Of a DNA stretch of 64,000 nt, positions 1 through 8,685 are shown in pieces. The DNA comes from a virus. A program made the translations under genes and the position numbers. Below the pieces are notes generated by a model that did not search any database, was not told the origin of the DNA, and was given only the letters and a program-made list of their open reading frames with translations. Position 1 is the first letter of the stretch. The number at the start of each line of letters is the position of its first letter. Location: IMG/VR virus record IMGVR_UViG_3300025889_000075, positions 32,001-96,000 of that record. The stretch is one strand, 5' to 3'.

Positions 1-127
1 GTTGTGGATTGTCTCCAGTGCCAGCAGGAATTAATTGCCCTTGTAATGCTTCATCTCTTTTTCGTTGCTCATTAGCAAGAACCATTGCCTGTTGAACAAT
101 AGTTAATGGTTTTATTTCATCAGCCAT
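1..127 (-). CDS. 5' part of a gene running off the window; by synteny probably baseplate hub/tape-measure (gp29-like)
   Basis: ATG at 127-125 overlaps the upstream TGA (ATGGCTGA). Open to the window edge: MADEIKPLTIVQQAMVLANEQRKRDEALQGQLIPAGTGDNPQ. Function from position only. Confidence 0.45.
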   Translation of the reverse strand, partial: MADEIKPLTIVQQAMVLANEQRKRDEALQGQLIPAGTGDNPQ

Positions 128-305
128 TTTTTGCCTTCATCCTTTCGTTTTCTTGTTTGATATATTCTATCAACATTGCTACATAAATTTCCCTCTCCCA
201 AGGCACCATTTCATTTAGTTCAGTCAAAGAATAATTGTGGTGTTGCATCAATTGAAAGTTTAACTGATAATGATTCACCAAATTATCATGAGAGAGGCAT
301 ATTAA
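120..305 (-). CDS. gp51: gp51-like baseplate hub assembly protein (small ORF, or C-terminal part of a frameshift product)
   Basis: Not in the ORF track. Hand translation LICLSHDNLVNHYQLNFQLMQHHNYSLTELNEMVPWEREIYVAMLIEYIKQENERMKAKNG* matches the MQHHxYSLTE..M.PWER.IY motif of T4-like gp51 annotations. Confidence 0.8.
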   Translation of the reverse strand, partial: LICLSHDNLVNHYQLNFQLMQHHNYSLTELNEMVPWEREIYVAMLIEYIKQENERMKAKNG

Positions 306-1009
306 AAAAAATTCTGCATTCCTTCTATAGTTCTTGTGTTATTCGTTCCGCAAGAATTACATGTAAAATTAACTTCATGCTGAACCTTTGGAATTTCATT
401 CATAAAAGCAGAGAGTTTACTGATTTGTGATGCTGTCATCGATTCAATAAATTCAACCATTGCTTGTTTAGGTTCATCCTCCGCAAGAATCATTTCTTCT
501 TCTGTTATTACTGCTTCAATACAAGAAGCAAGCAATTCAAATCCAAGTTGAGTTTCGTTTCCTTCTGTTTGCGTCATTCCAGCAACATCAAGGAATGAAG
601 GATATCTCATCTGAACAGAAATATCATCAACAATTGGTATCACATTTTGTTTATTGTTATCCTTTGTTACACTAACTTTAGAAATATCAATTTCAACTTC
701 ATTACTATGTTCGCATTCGTTGCAAGAAATACCAACCTTTGATATTTCACCAACCGACTTAGATCTAATCTGCATAAACAAATATTCAATATCGAACGTC
801 GTTAGTTTATTTCTTTGTAATTTATCATAAACGCAAGACTCGATTGTATCAACAACAGTTTCAAGTGTTTGTTTTTGATCTCCTGATTCAAACGCTGTTA
901 ATAAAACTTTTTCTTCTTTGACCAAATATGGTCTAAACTTAACTATCTTTCCTGTAGAGGGTATTTCAATCTCATACTTAATAGTTTCATTCAACTTGGG
1001 TAATGCCAT
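302..1009 (-). CDS. gp26: Baseplate hub subunit/assembly chaperone (gp26-like)
   Basis: MALPKL..YE..IPSTGK.VKFRPYLVKEEK.LL, FDIEYLF.QIRSKSVGE, two CxxC pairs, ends GMQNFF. Confidence 0.88.
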   Translation of the reverse strand: MALPKLNETIKYEIEIPSTGKIVKFRPYLVKEEKVLLTAFESGDQKQTLETVVDTIESCVYDKLQRNKLTTFDIEYLFMQIRSKSVGEISKVGISCNECEHSNEVEIDISKVSVTKDNNKQNVIPIVDDISVQMRYPSFLDVAGMTQTEGNETQLGFELLASCIEAVITEEEMILAEDEPKQAMVEFIESMTASQISKLSAFMNEIPKVQHEVNFTCNSCGTNNTRTIEGMQNFF

Positions 1010-1015
1010 AATATT

Positions 1016-1690
1016 TTATCCTTTCAATGCTTTATAAATGTCAAATCCTTTTTTGAGTACTGAGTTTTCGTAATTATCATAGTAATCGTTTTTGTAACCT
1101 GTAAAGTTACTTGTCCAATCTTTGAACGAGAACGCCACAGAGAATGAAACCAATCCATCTTGATCGTTTGATAATGCAATTTCAGTTAAAGAAGTTGGAA
1201 ATGCCTCAATCAATGTTGATCCATAAACAACTTCGTCTTCCGCGTTCATTTCTGTCAATGCGTCAAGAACCTTAAATACTTTGGGAAAGTTTCCGCTGAC
1301 CAAAAGACTTGCAATATTGCCGCCAGATTTTAACTGCTGAATCGTAACATCTGAAACGTATTCTTTATAATAACCGACAGTGTAATCTCTCGTGTTGACC
1401 ACTCTTGATTGCCACTCTTCGAAAAATCTCCTAGAATAATAATCGTTCAAGGTTAGAAAAGTCATAGTAACTTCTGGTACAGCAAATCCGTATGCAACCT
1501 TTTTATTTGTCATACCGATTAATCTTTCGTTCGTAAGAATCTGTCTTCCTGGTAACGATACGTTAGTGCAAAGAAGATTGAGTTCTCTAGCAGCGTTTTC
1601 TGGAGTAAATAAAACACGATAGAGGTTTGTCCTAGCAAACCCGCCGCCTCTTGACACCAGATTCTTAAATGCTTCTATATTATAAGGCAT
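1016..1690 (-). CDS. gp54: Tail tube initiator (gp54/gp19-like fold)
   Basis: GGFARTNLYRV, LCTNVSLPGR, FFEEWQ, L.EAFPTSL.EI.LS tube-fold motifs; adjacent to gp2. Confidence 0.7.
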   Translation of the reverse strand: MPYNIEAFKNLVSRGGGFARTNLYRVLFTPENAARELNLLCTNVSLPGRQILTNERLIGMTNKKVAYGFAVPEVTMTFLTLNDYYSRRFFEEWQSRVVNTRDYTVGYYKEYVSDVTIQQLKSGGNIASLLVSGNFPKVFKVLDALTEMNAEDEVVYGSTLIEAFPTSLTEIALSNDQDGLVSFSVAFSFKDWTSNFTGYKNDYYDNYENSVLKKGFDIYKALKG

Positions 1691-2273
1691 TAATTATTTT
1701 CCTTGAGTCCATATATACCTTAGATTGCCCTGCTTTCGCAAAATCTGCTGTCGGTAAAAACGTAGCAATCTCATATTCTGGTGCAGATATCTTAGCAAAC
1801 CTACCTTTAACGTGTGATGACAAATAATGTTTAAAACACGGAGCAAAGTATCTTAGTTTAGAAGATCGTTTCAATAAACTATATGACAAACTAAACTTCG
1901 TTGTATCGTCGTACCTATTATTATTTGTTATTTCTAACAGCGCGTCTAAAAACTTCGCTCTAACAATCGGTTGTAAGTAATGTAAATTCAAACCATAGAA
2001 ACCACCTTCCGCTGGACCAACAACAATCACCAAAGGGAAACGATCATAGTAAGGCAACTTGTCTTTTGTTTTCGGATCGTAAAAGAACATGTACATATGA
2101 CCAGCAATTTCGCTTGACGTTCTTTGTACTTCTTCTTCACCCATTAAATCTTGACGATCGATTCCAGTTATCTGCCTTGCTTTCTGTCTAAACCACTCCC
2201 GTGATTGACGTGTTCTTGGCGTAATCCCTGAACGGAACGCTGCGAGTTCTAGTGTTTGAAATAAGTTACTCAT
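1680..2273 (-). CDS. gp2: DNA end protector protein
   Basis: SREWF, MYMFFYDPKTKDKLPYYDRFPL, GLNLHYL, PCFKHYL motifs. Confidence 0.93.
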   Translation of the reverse strand: MSNLFQTLELAAFRSGITPRTRQSREWFRQKARQITGIDRQDLMGEEEVQRTSSEIAGHMYMFFYDPKTKDKLPYYDRFPLVIVVGPAEGGFYGLNLHYLQPIVRAKFLDALLEITNNNRYDDTTKFSLSYSLLKRSSKLRYFAPCFKHYLSSHVKGRFAKISAPEYEIATFLPTADFAKAGQSKVYMDSRKIINAL

Positions 2274-2278
2274 GGAAC

Positions 2279-2767
2279 CTATTTATTCTTTTTGCGGGAG
2301 TATTTCGGTAGTGGTTTAAGTTTTTTGATTGGTTTGGGTAGGATACGCATCGCTCTTAGTTCTATTTCAGTCCAAACTTCGAACCTCCATCCTTGATCCT
2401 TAGCGTATTCGTTTGCTGCTTCCCATTTGTTTTGATTCTTAATAAAAGTAAATGCTTCATTAATATACTGTTTTGTCCTGCGTTGACCAGTTGGCGGCGT
2501 AGTTTCTTTGTTTGGTTTTACTTCGATTAATGATGTTGAACCATCTTTCCATGTCACTTTAAAGTCGGGGAAGTATCGATGCCAACGTTTATCTGCTTCA
2601 TACAAATAAGGTATAACGATTTCTTCGCTACTCCAATTAACAACATCAGAAGAAGAATCAAAGAATTGCATGCAATGTTTTTCCCACATTGATCTATAGA
2701 TGACGTTCTTTGGATCGCCTCTATACTTCTCTGGGTTTTTAACTTTGTACCTTCCGGAATATGTCAT
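2279..2767 (-). CDS. gp4: Head completion protein (PD-(D/E)xK nuclease fold)
   Basis: YSGRYKVKNPEKYRGD, IYRSMWE, WSSEE..IPY, HRYFPDF, IEVKP, NQNKWEAA. Start placed at ATG 2767 rather than 2794. Confidence 0.93.
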   Translation of the reverse strand: MTYSGRYKVKNPEKYRGDPKNVIYRSMWEKHCMQFFDSSSDVVNWSSEEIVIPYLYEADKRWHRYFPDFKVTWKDGSTSLIEVKPNKETTPPTGQRRTKQYINEAFTFIKNQNKWEAANEYAKDQGWRFEVWTEIELRAMRILPKPIKKLKPLPKYSRKKNK

Positions 2768-2775
2768 GAAAACGC

Positions 2776-2783
2776 TATAAATA
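2776..2783 (+). promoter_or_regulatory. T4-type late promoter TATAAATA
   Basis: Exact consensus in the divergent gp4/gp48 intergenic gap. Confidence 0.85.
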
Positions 2784-2798
2784 AACAGGACCAAAACC

Positions 2799-2806
2799 TA
2801 TTTATT
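2799..2806 (-). promoter_or_regulatory. Possible late promoter variant AATAAATA for the leftward operon
   Basis: One mismatch to TATAAATA, about 30 nt upstream of the gp4 ATG. Confidence 0.45.
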
Positions 2807-2815
2807 GAGGCGGGA

Positions 2816-3892
2816 ATGGAACAGCAAGTAGAGATTAAAAGAACAGACGAAGGGGTTCAGACCAGACAAAAAATCGCTGAAGAAAAGAACGACCCTCAAC
2901 TTCCCGGCACTGAATTAGTATATCCAATGGAAGATATCGGAGACTATGACGCGTATGTAAAATTTACTGTATTAGAAGATGTTCCTGTGGACATAGCAGG
3001 GTTGTTAGATGGATTTGGTAAGCACATTGAAGCGACATTTTCTAGAACTCAAAAAGTAAACGAAGAAACCGAAGAGCCTTTACCGCAGACTGCTGAAGCA
3101 AAAAAGGCAGCTACTGAAGAAGAAGAAAAAGCAATTGCGGCGATGCAGGGTGATATTTTAAAAGAGTCTGCAAATATTGATGGTAATTTTAAAAACGGGC
3201 AAGTAATTAAATTATATATGCCCCAGGGTATACAAATTGTAGACAATGTACAATATGATAACGCGGAACTTGGCGCTATTGGTGGATCAGCGGTTGGTGC
3301 TATGGGGTCAGGTCAAGGAGCATTGGCAGGCGCTATTCAAGGAGGAATGGGAGGAATTACTGCATTAGTTGATAGTTTTAAAGGCGCTGCGGGTACTGAT
3401 GCTGCAAGACTAGCGATGGTTCGCGCGTCATCAAGTTTTGGTACTGCTGGTGAGGCAGTTAAATCTGTTGCTCGTGTTGCTCTAAATCCAAACGTCAGAA
3501 CACTTTTTAAAAGCGTAGGTATTAGAGAATTTAGTTTTACCTTTATCTTCATAGCACAATCTAAAAAAGAAGCGGAAGAGATTAAAAAAATTATTAAAGT
3601 TTTTAGAAGAGAACTTTATCCTGAAAAGATTGGCGCGTTCGGAGATAATGATACAGAATCAAGTTTGTCTCTTGGTTACAAATTTCCAAATAGATTTAGC
3701 ATTGAATTGATGCATAATGAAAAATCTGTAGCTACTAAACTATTACCTTGTTATTTAAGAAACTTTCAAGCAACATATAACCCAAATTCAATGGGAATGC
3801 ATGATGACGGAAACTTTCAAGAAATTCAAATCACGATGTCATTTGCAGAATCAAGAACTCTTAGCAAAAGCGATATTGATAAAGGATTCTAA
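2816..3892 (+). CDS. gp48: Baseplate tail tube cap
   Basis: IKLYMP..I...DNVQY, NP....LFKSV..REFSFTF.F..QS..EA..I..II..F, CYL......YNP; SD GAGG. Confidence 0.88.
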   Translation: MEQQVEIKRTDEGVQTRQKIAEEKNDPQLPGTELVYPMEDIGDYDAYVKFTVLEDVPVDIAGLLDGFGKHIEATFSRTQKVNEETEEPLPQTAEAKKAATEEEEKAIAAMQGDILKESANIDGNFKNGQVIKLYMPQGIQIVDNVQYDNAELGAIGGSAVGAMGSGQGALAGAIQGGMGGITALVDSFKGAAGTDAARLAMVRASSSFGTAGEAVKSVARVALNPNVRTLFKSVGIREFSFTFIFIAQSKKEAEEIKKIIKVFRRELYPEKIGAFGDNDTESSLSLGYKFPNRFSIELMHNEKSVATKLLPCYLRNFQATYNPNSMGMHDDGNFQEIQITMSFAESRTLSKSDIDKGF

Positions 3893-3895
3893 CAT

Positions 3896-4687
3896 ATGCC
3901 AAGATACTTTACAGATTTTCCATTAGTTCGATATTCTTTTGGTTCACAAGAAGATCGTGTCTATTTTCCAAAGATAACAACTTTCGTTGATGTATTTGAT
4001 AAAGTTAAACAAGAACTTTCTTTGTATAAAAAAATATCAATTATTGATAACGAAAGACCAGACAGTTTATCTTATCGTTTGTATGGCACAGTAGATTACT
4101 ACTGGACTTTTTATTTGATGAACGATAAAATTAAAGAGTCTGGTTGGCCATTGACTTTAGAAAGACAAGACGAAATTATTAAAGAAAGATACAATGGTTG
4201 GGTTCTTACTTTTGAGGGCGATATCGAACCGAACTTTCCTGTTGGACAAGTTGTTGAGATTCGTGGTGCGGGTTTAACTGGCACAGTTAAAAAGAAAAAC
4301 CCAGACCTTGGACAAGTTTATCTAACTGTTTCTCCTGTTTACAATGGACAAACAATAAATCAAAATTTGGTCAATAACTATATGCTCAGTGCTTTGGAGT
4401 TATACTATCAAAGTCAACAGATAGATTATACTGTCAGCAGAATTGTTTCAGTAAAAAAAGAATACGAAGCTGTGCATCATTATGAAAATTCTAGTGGCGA
4501 GTATGTTGACATAACGCCATCACAACAAGGATATGGTGGTGGAACTGACACAAGAAGCGGATTGACAACAGTTACTTGGGAGTCAAGATTTAAAGATAAA
4601 AACGACGATCTCAAAAACATTGTTGTTATAAGACCTGACGCTATTAATAGCGTCGTTGGAGAATACAAAAAAGCGCTCAGAAGATAA
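3896..4687 (+). CDS. gp53: Baseplate wedge subunit
   Basis: YF..FP.V.Y, ERPDSLSYRLYG..DYYWTF..MN, WPL, VHHYEN. Confidence 0.9.
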   Translation: MPRYFTDFPLVRYSFGSQEDRVYFPKITTFVDVFDKVKQELSLYKKISIIDNERPDSLSYRLYGTVDYYWTFYLMNDKIKESGWPLTLERQDEIIKERYNGWVLTFEGDIEPNFPVGQVVEIRGAGLTGTVKKKNPDLGQVYLTVSPVYNGQTINQNLVNNYMLSALELYYQSQQIDYTVSRIVSVKKEYEAVHHYENSSGEYVDITPSQQGYGGGTDTRSGLTTVTWESRFKDKNDDLKNIVVIRPDAINSVVGEYKKALRR

Positions 4688-6027
4688 TGGCAACAAACGG
4701 AAAAGAACAACAATTTAAAATTCAAAGTGCATTAATTACAGCGGATAGATTTTCTGAAAAATCAATTGAAGTCGCTACATTAATTGCTGAATTGAATTTA
4801 TTTGAGCACATAGAAAAACCTTATTTGACTGGTTCTGTTCTCTTAATAGACGATGCTGGTATAATTGACAGTATAACGTTTAAAGGTTCTGAACGTTTGA
4901 CTTTAACGGTTATGTCAGTAGATAAATTAGATACCCCTTTTATTGTTGACAAAACATTCGTTATGACAAAAATAGAATCAACGCAAAGGGCAAATGATAG
5001 AGTAGAAGTTCATTTAATCTCTCTAGTTGAAGAGCATTTAGTTTTAAGTTCATTAAAAAAGATTAGTAGAACATATACAGACAATCTAGAGAATATGATT
5101 ACAAATATTCTACTTCTAGAACTTAATAAAAATTCTGATTTATCTTATCTTTCTTCTTCCGCGCAAGGTGTTCGTAAGATTAATATACCTTACCTTTCGC
5201 CATTAGACGCTTGTGATTTTATTAGAGATAGGGCAACAACTGAATCAGGTGCGCCGTTTTTTCTTTATTCGTCAATATATGATGACAATATTCGCCTTGG
5301 GTCTCTTGACGTTATGTTGCAAACTAAATCATTTAATTCAAAACAACCGTTTATATTTTCATCAAGCGTTTCTTCAGAAGCAAATATGATGCAAGAAGAT
5401 AAGGCATCTTTCATAATTAACGATGTCAAATTTAGAGGCGTTGGTGATAATCTTAAGATGGTACAAAACGGAGCAATCACTTCAGTCTATAATGAGATTG
5501 ATGTCAATTCAGGAATAGTTTCTTTTGACAAATACAAAGCAACAAACCTTGTAAAAAAATTAGAACAAGAAAACACATTAACTGAAGACGCACAATCAAT
5601 TTTTGATCCGCGTCAATATATTTCTGATCAAGCAATTGAAGAGTATGATTCAAAAGTATTTCATCAACTTTCTAGTAAAAATACGTATGGGTCTTCTCTG
5701 GGTTATCATGATGTTCTTAATTCAAAAGAAAATCTATTGAAACTTTACAGCAAAGCAACTAGGAATTTTCTTTACAACAATATGATTAATATTAATGTTC
5801 CTGGAGTTGCTTTTGCTTATTCTAAAGTCAGTGTTGGTGATGTTCTCTCTTGCGAATTTCTAAACCCAAGAGGAGCAACAAACTCGTTCGACAAAGATTC
5901 TTTGTTAGATAAGAGTAAGTCGGGTAAATATTTAATCTATGCTGCTAGGCATATTTTTAGAGACACTTCCCATAACATTTCTTTAAATGTTACTAAAATG
6001 GATTACAACGGTGCTGTAAATGCTTAG
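4687..6027 (+). CDS. Baseplate hub protein (gp27-like)
   Basis: Between gp53 and gp5; LFEHIEKPYLTGS, G.ERL, INVPG, SGKYLIYAARHIF typical of hub proteins. Confidence 0.65.
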   Translation: MATNGKEQQFKIQSALITADRFSEKSIEVATLIAELNLFEHIEKPYLTGSVLLIDDAGIIDSITFKGSERLTLTVMSVDKLDTPFIVDKTFVMTKIESTQRANDRVEVHLISLVEEHLVLSSLKKISRTYTDNLENMITNILLLELNKNSDLSYLSSSAQGVRKINIPYLSPLDACDFIRDRATTESGAPFFLYSSIYDDNIRLGSLDVMLQTKSFNSKQPFIFSSSVSSEANMMQEDKASFIINDVKFRGVGDNLKMVQNGAITSVYNEIDVNSGIVSFDKYKATNLVKKLEQENTLTEDAQSIFDPRQYISDQAIEEYDSKVFHQLSSKNTYGSSLGYHDVLNSKENLLKLYSKATRNFLYNNMININVPGVAFAYSKVSVGDVLSCEFLNPRGATNSFDKDSLLDKSKSGKYLIYAARHIFRDTSHNISLNVTKMDYNGAVNA

Positions 6028-6910
6028 AACTATTTCTAATGAATACTATGGTGACAACTTCCGTTGGTTTATCGGAACTGTAATCAATTCATCACCTCCT
6101 TATGGGTATGAGGGAAGAGTGCGCGTGCGTATACATGGTATTCATAATCCATCTACAGGAGAAACTAAAGAAGACGATTTGCCTTGGGCGCAGGTGATGA
6201 TACCTTTAACAGAAGGTGGTGTTTCAGGGCACGGTAGAATACCTCAAGTACTCCCTGGAGCATTAGTATATGGATTTTTCTTAGATGGAGAAACCTCTCA
6301 AATACCAATCGTTTTGGGTTCTGTGGCGAGGATGGAACATCCTACTGACGTTCAAGCAAGAGGATCAAACTCTAAAGAACTTAGTGTTTACAAATCTAAA
6401 ACTGCTGACGGAAAAGAATTTAAAGAAAATTTATTATCAGAAGATTTTAAAAACGATGTTTCTTTAAAACCGAATGTTTCTGAAAGAAGAAGTCAAACTG
6501 TCAAATTTTTTATTGATAATGGTTATAGTGTTTCGCAAGCAGCGGGTATTGCGGCAGGATTACAAGAGGTTTCTGGTTTCGTTACTCATACAGAGGAAGA
6601 CACAGAATTCTATACAGGAATAGGTAAATGGTTACGTAGCGGACCAAGGTATCGAGGGTTGGTTCAGTTTTCCTCCGGGATTTCTAGATATGCTAGTATA
6701 GAGAGGTTTTCAGTTCAATTGTTTTATGTATTACAAGAGCTAAGAACAACACACACTATTGCTAATTCTAAAATACTTCGTTCAACCTTAATTAAATCAC
6801 CTGCAGGTTCTGCTCAATTGTTTGTTAAATACTATCTTAAAAGACCAGATCTTTCTGTTGCTAATGTAGAAAAAATCGCTGAGAATGCATATGATGAGGT
6901 AATACGATAA
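6020..6910 (+). CDS. gp5: gp5 N-terminal OB-fold fused to a phage-tail-lysozyme-like domain
   Basis: WFIGTV, GRVRVRIHGIH, DLPWAQV, VYGFFLDGETSQIPIVLGS; C-terminal GYS.SQAAGIAAGLQEVSG..GIGKW...R..QL.YV..EL. Confidence 0.8.
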   Translation: MLRTISNEYYGDNFRWFIGTVINSSPPYGYEGRVRVRIHGIHNPSTGETKEDDLPWAQVMIPLTEGGVSGHGRIPQVLPGALVYGFFLDGETSQIPIVLGSVARMEHPTDVQARGSNSKELSVYKSKTADGKEFKENLLSEDFKNDVSLKPNVSERRSQTVKFFIDNGYSVSQAAGIAAGLQEVSGFVTHTEEDTEFYTGIGKWLRSGPRYRGLVQFSSGISRYASIERFSVQLFYVLQELRTTHTIANSKILRSTLIKSPAGSAQLFVKYYLKRPDLSVANVEKIAENAYDEVIR

Positions 6911-8685
6911 TGCCTAATACAAAAGAATCGTTCGACGCTAGACTTAAATCTTTAAACCAAGCAGTCTCATATCAAAACGTTGAAACTGACATTAACACTG
7001 CAGTTAAATCATATGCTGCAGCAAAAACAACTGAGATTGGTAAAGTCGCGAATCAGGTTAAAGGCGGTGTTCAAAGTTTGACATCTGAAGCAACAGGTAT
7101 CAAAGATAAACTTTCTAATCCTACTGCTTCTTTATTGTCTGGTACAGGTGGAGTTGCAGATAAACTCAAGAATGCTGCATTAAATACGTCACTGGGTTCA
7201 CTCGCTTCTAGCATTGGCGTTAGTGTTACTGTTACTTATGATGATAGCGGTTCTATATCTGGAATATCGATTGGAAGTGGAATTAGCGGGTCGATCAGTA
7301 GCATTCTCGCCAAAATAACAGGACTTGGTGCAGCACCTGGATTTTTACAAAACGTAGTTTCAAATAGCAATCCCTCCTCTTTGCGAGACAATCTAACATC
7401 TTTATCTGGCAAAGTTGGTGCTTTCGCTAGTGTCAGTGAAATTTCTAGTAAGTTTGATGCCTCTAAAACAGCAATCATGTCTGAGATTGCCTCTAATATT
7501 CCTTCACTTGACGATTCTTCACAAACATATTATAATTCTTTTGTTAGTTCTGCGAGTAATGGAATACAAGACATAACTACTGCAATACCTTCACCAGCAA
7601 GAATAACAGAGAATGATATTAAGTCCGTTTTAAAAGAAGTCAGCGGTAGTGTTTCTGCTGACAGCGCCGATAATGTTTTAAATAGCGCCAAGTCTTTCAC
7701 TAAAGATATTGCTAAAATTAATTCTAAGGTGAATCAATTTGATGCAAACGTTGGTAGTTTTGTTAAGACAAAATCAACTGGTTTGTTACAAGGATTAGCA
7801 GAAACCACTAATGATACAGGTCTTAATAAATTATTGAAAGAAACAGGCATAGAATTAACACCTGCAGAAAAAGAAAAGGTAATCAAACTCGCTCAGGGAA
7901 CTGCCCTAGAGAAATCAGAAGCTGCAGAGTTTTTAGCAGGCAAAACTTCAAAAGAAAACAGATCAAAATTAAAATCTGCTTTAAACGATTTAGATACTAC
8001 CATCGCAGGAACTCGAGTAATAGATAACGCGAACAGCGCGTTCCAAGATCCCTTTGATTTAGACGCAACAGGAAACAAATGGAAGAATGGAGTTGGTGCT
8101 AAAGATTTTACATTTACGTTTGTTTCTTCTGTTGAAGAACTTCGTTCAGAGTTAAGAAAAGTCACGAGAGACGTAACAGAAGTCGTTGTCCATTGGACTG
8201 ACACTTTCGTTAATGCTAATATTGGATCAGAAGAAATTAACCAGAGACACCTAGGATTAGGTATGAAGGGGATTGGTTATCATTATGTTATTAGAAGAGA
8301 TGGATCCTTACAAAGAGGACGTCCCGTTAATGAGGATGGCGATCATTGTGATACTAATGGACACAATAGCAACAGTATCGGTATCGCATTTGTTGGTGGA
8401 TTGAATTGTGCTTCTGGAAATCCAAATCCAACCAGATTTAGATCTGCTGCTTCTTTAACTCGAAGTCAGTTAAATACCTTTGAAGAATTTTGTCGTGCAT
8501 TTTATCAAGTTAATCCTGGTGGTCAAATACTAGGGCACAACGAAATTGATCCTAATGAAGAGGATCCAGGGTTTGAGGTAATTGAATATTGTAAGAATGT
8601 TTTTGGTAAAGAATCTTTGTTTAATGATCCTACCAAAGACAAACCGTTTACAAGAGCAACACTTAACGCGAAGAAATTAACATGA
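6910..8685 (+). CDS. Baseplate-associated N-acetylmuramoyl-L-alanine amidase (T7-lysozyme/Amidase_2 type) with a long Ser/Ala-rich N-terminus
   Basis: VVVHWT, IGYHYVIRRDG..QRGRP, GHNSNSIGIAFVGG, ILGHNE...DPGF. Confidence 0.85.
   Translation: MPNTKESFDARLKSLNQAVSYQNVETDINTAVKSYAAAKTTEIGKVANQVKGGVQSLTSEATGIKDKLSNPTASLLSGTGGVADKLKNAALNTSLGSLASSIGVSVTVTYDDSGSISGISIGSGISGSISSILAKITGLGAAPGFLQNVVSNSNPSSLRDNLTSLSGKVGAFASVSEISSKFDASKTAIMSEIASNIPSLDDSSQTYYNSFVSSASNGIQDITTAIPSPARITENDIKSVLKEVSGSVSADSADNVLNSAKSFTKDIAKINSKVNQFDANVGSFVKTKSTGLLQGLAETTNDTGLNKLLKETGIELTPAEKEKVIKLAQGTALEKSEAAEFLAGKTSKENRSKLKSALNDLDTTIAGTRVIDNANSAFQDPFDLDATGNKWKNGVGAKDFTFTFVSSVEELRSELRKVTRDVTEVVVHWTDTFVNANIGSEEINQRHLGLGMKGIGYHYVIRRDGSLQRGRPVNEDGDHCDTNGHNSNSIGIAFVGGLNCASGNPNPTRFRSAASLTRSQLNTFEEFCRAFYQVNPGGQILGHNEIDPNEEDPGFEVIEYCKNVFGKESLFNDPTKDKPFTRATLNAKKLT

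Noticed and set aside
176-430. 84-aa plus-strand ORF, and the other short antisense or nested ORFs in the track
   Set aside because: They overlap well-supported genes on the other strand or frame and show no motifs; treated as shadow ORFs.
2279-2767. TnsA-like or homing endonuclease as a mobile element
   Set aside because: Motifs and position next to gp2 identify the core head-completion gene gp4.
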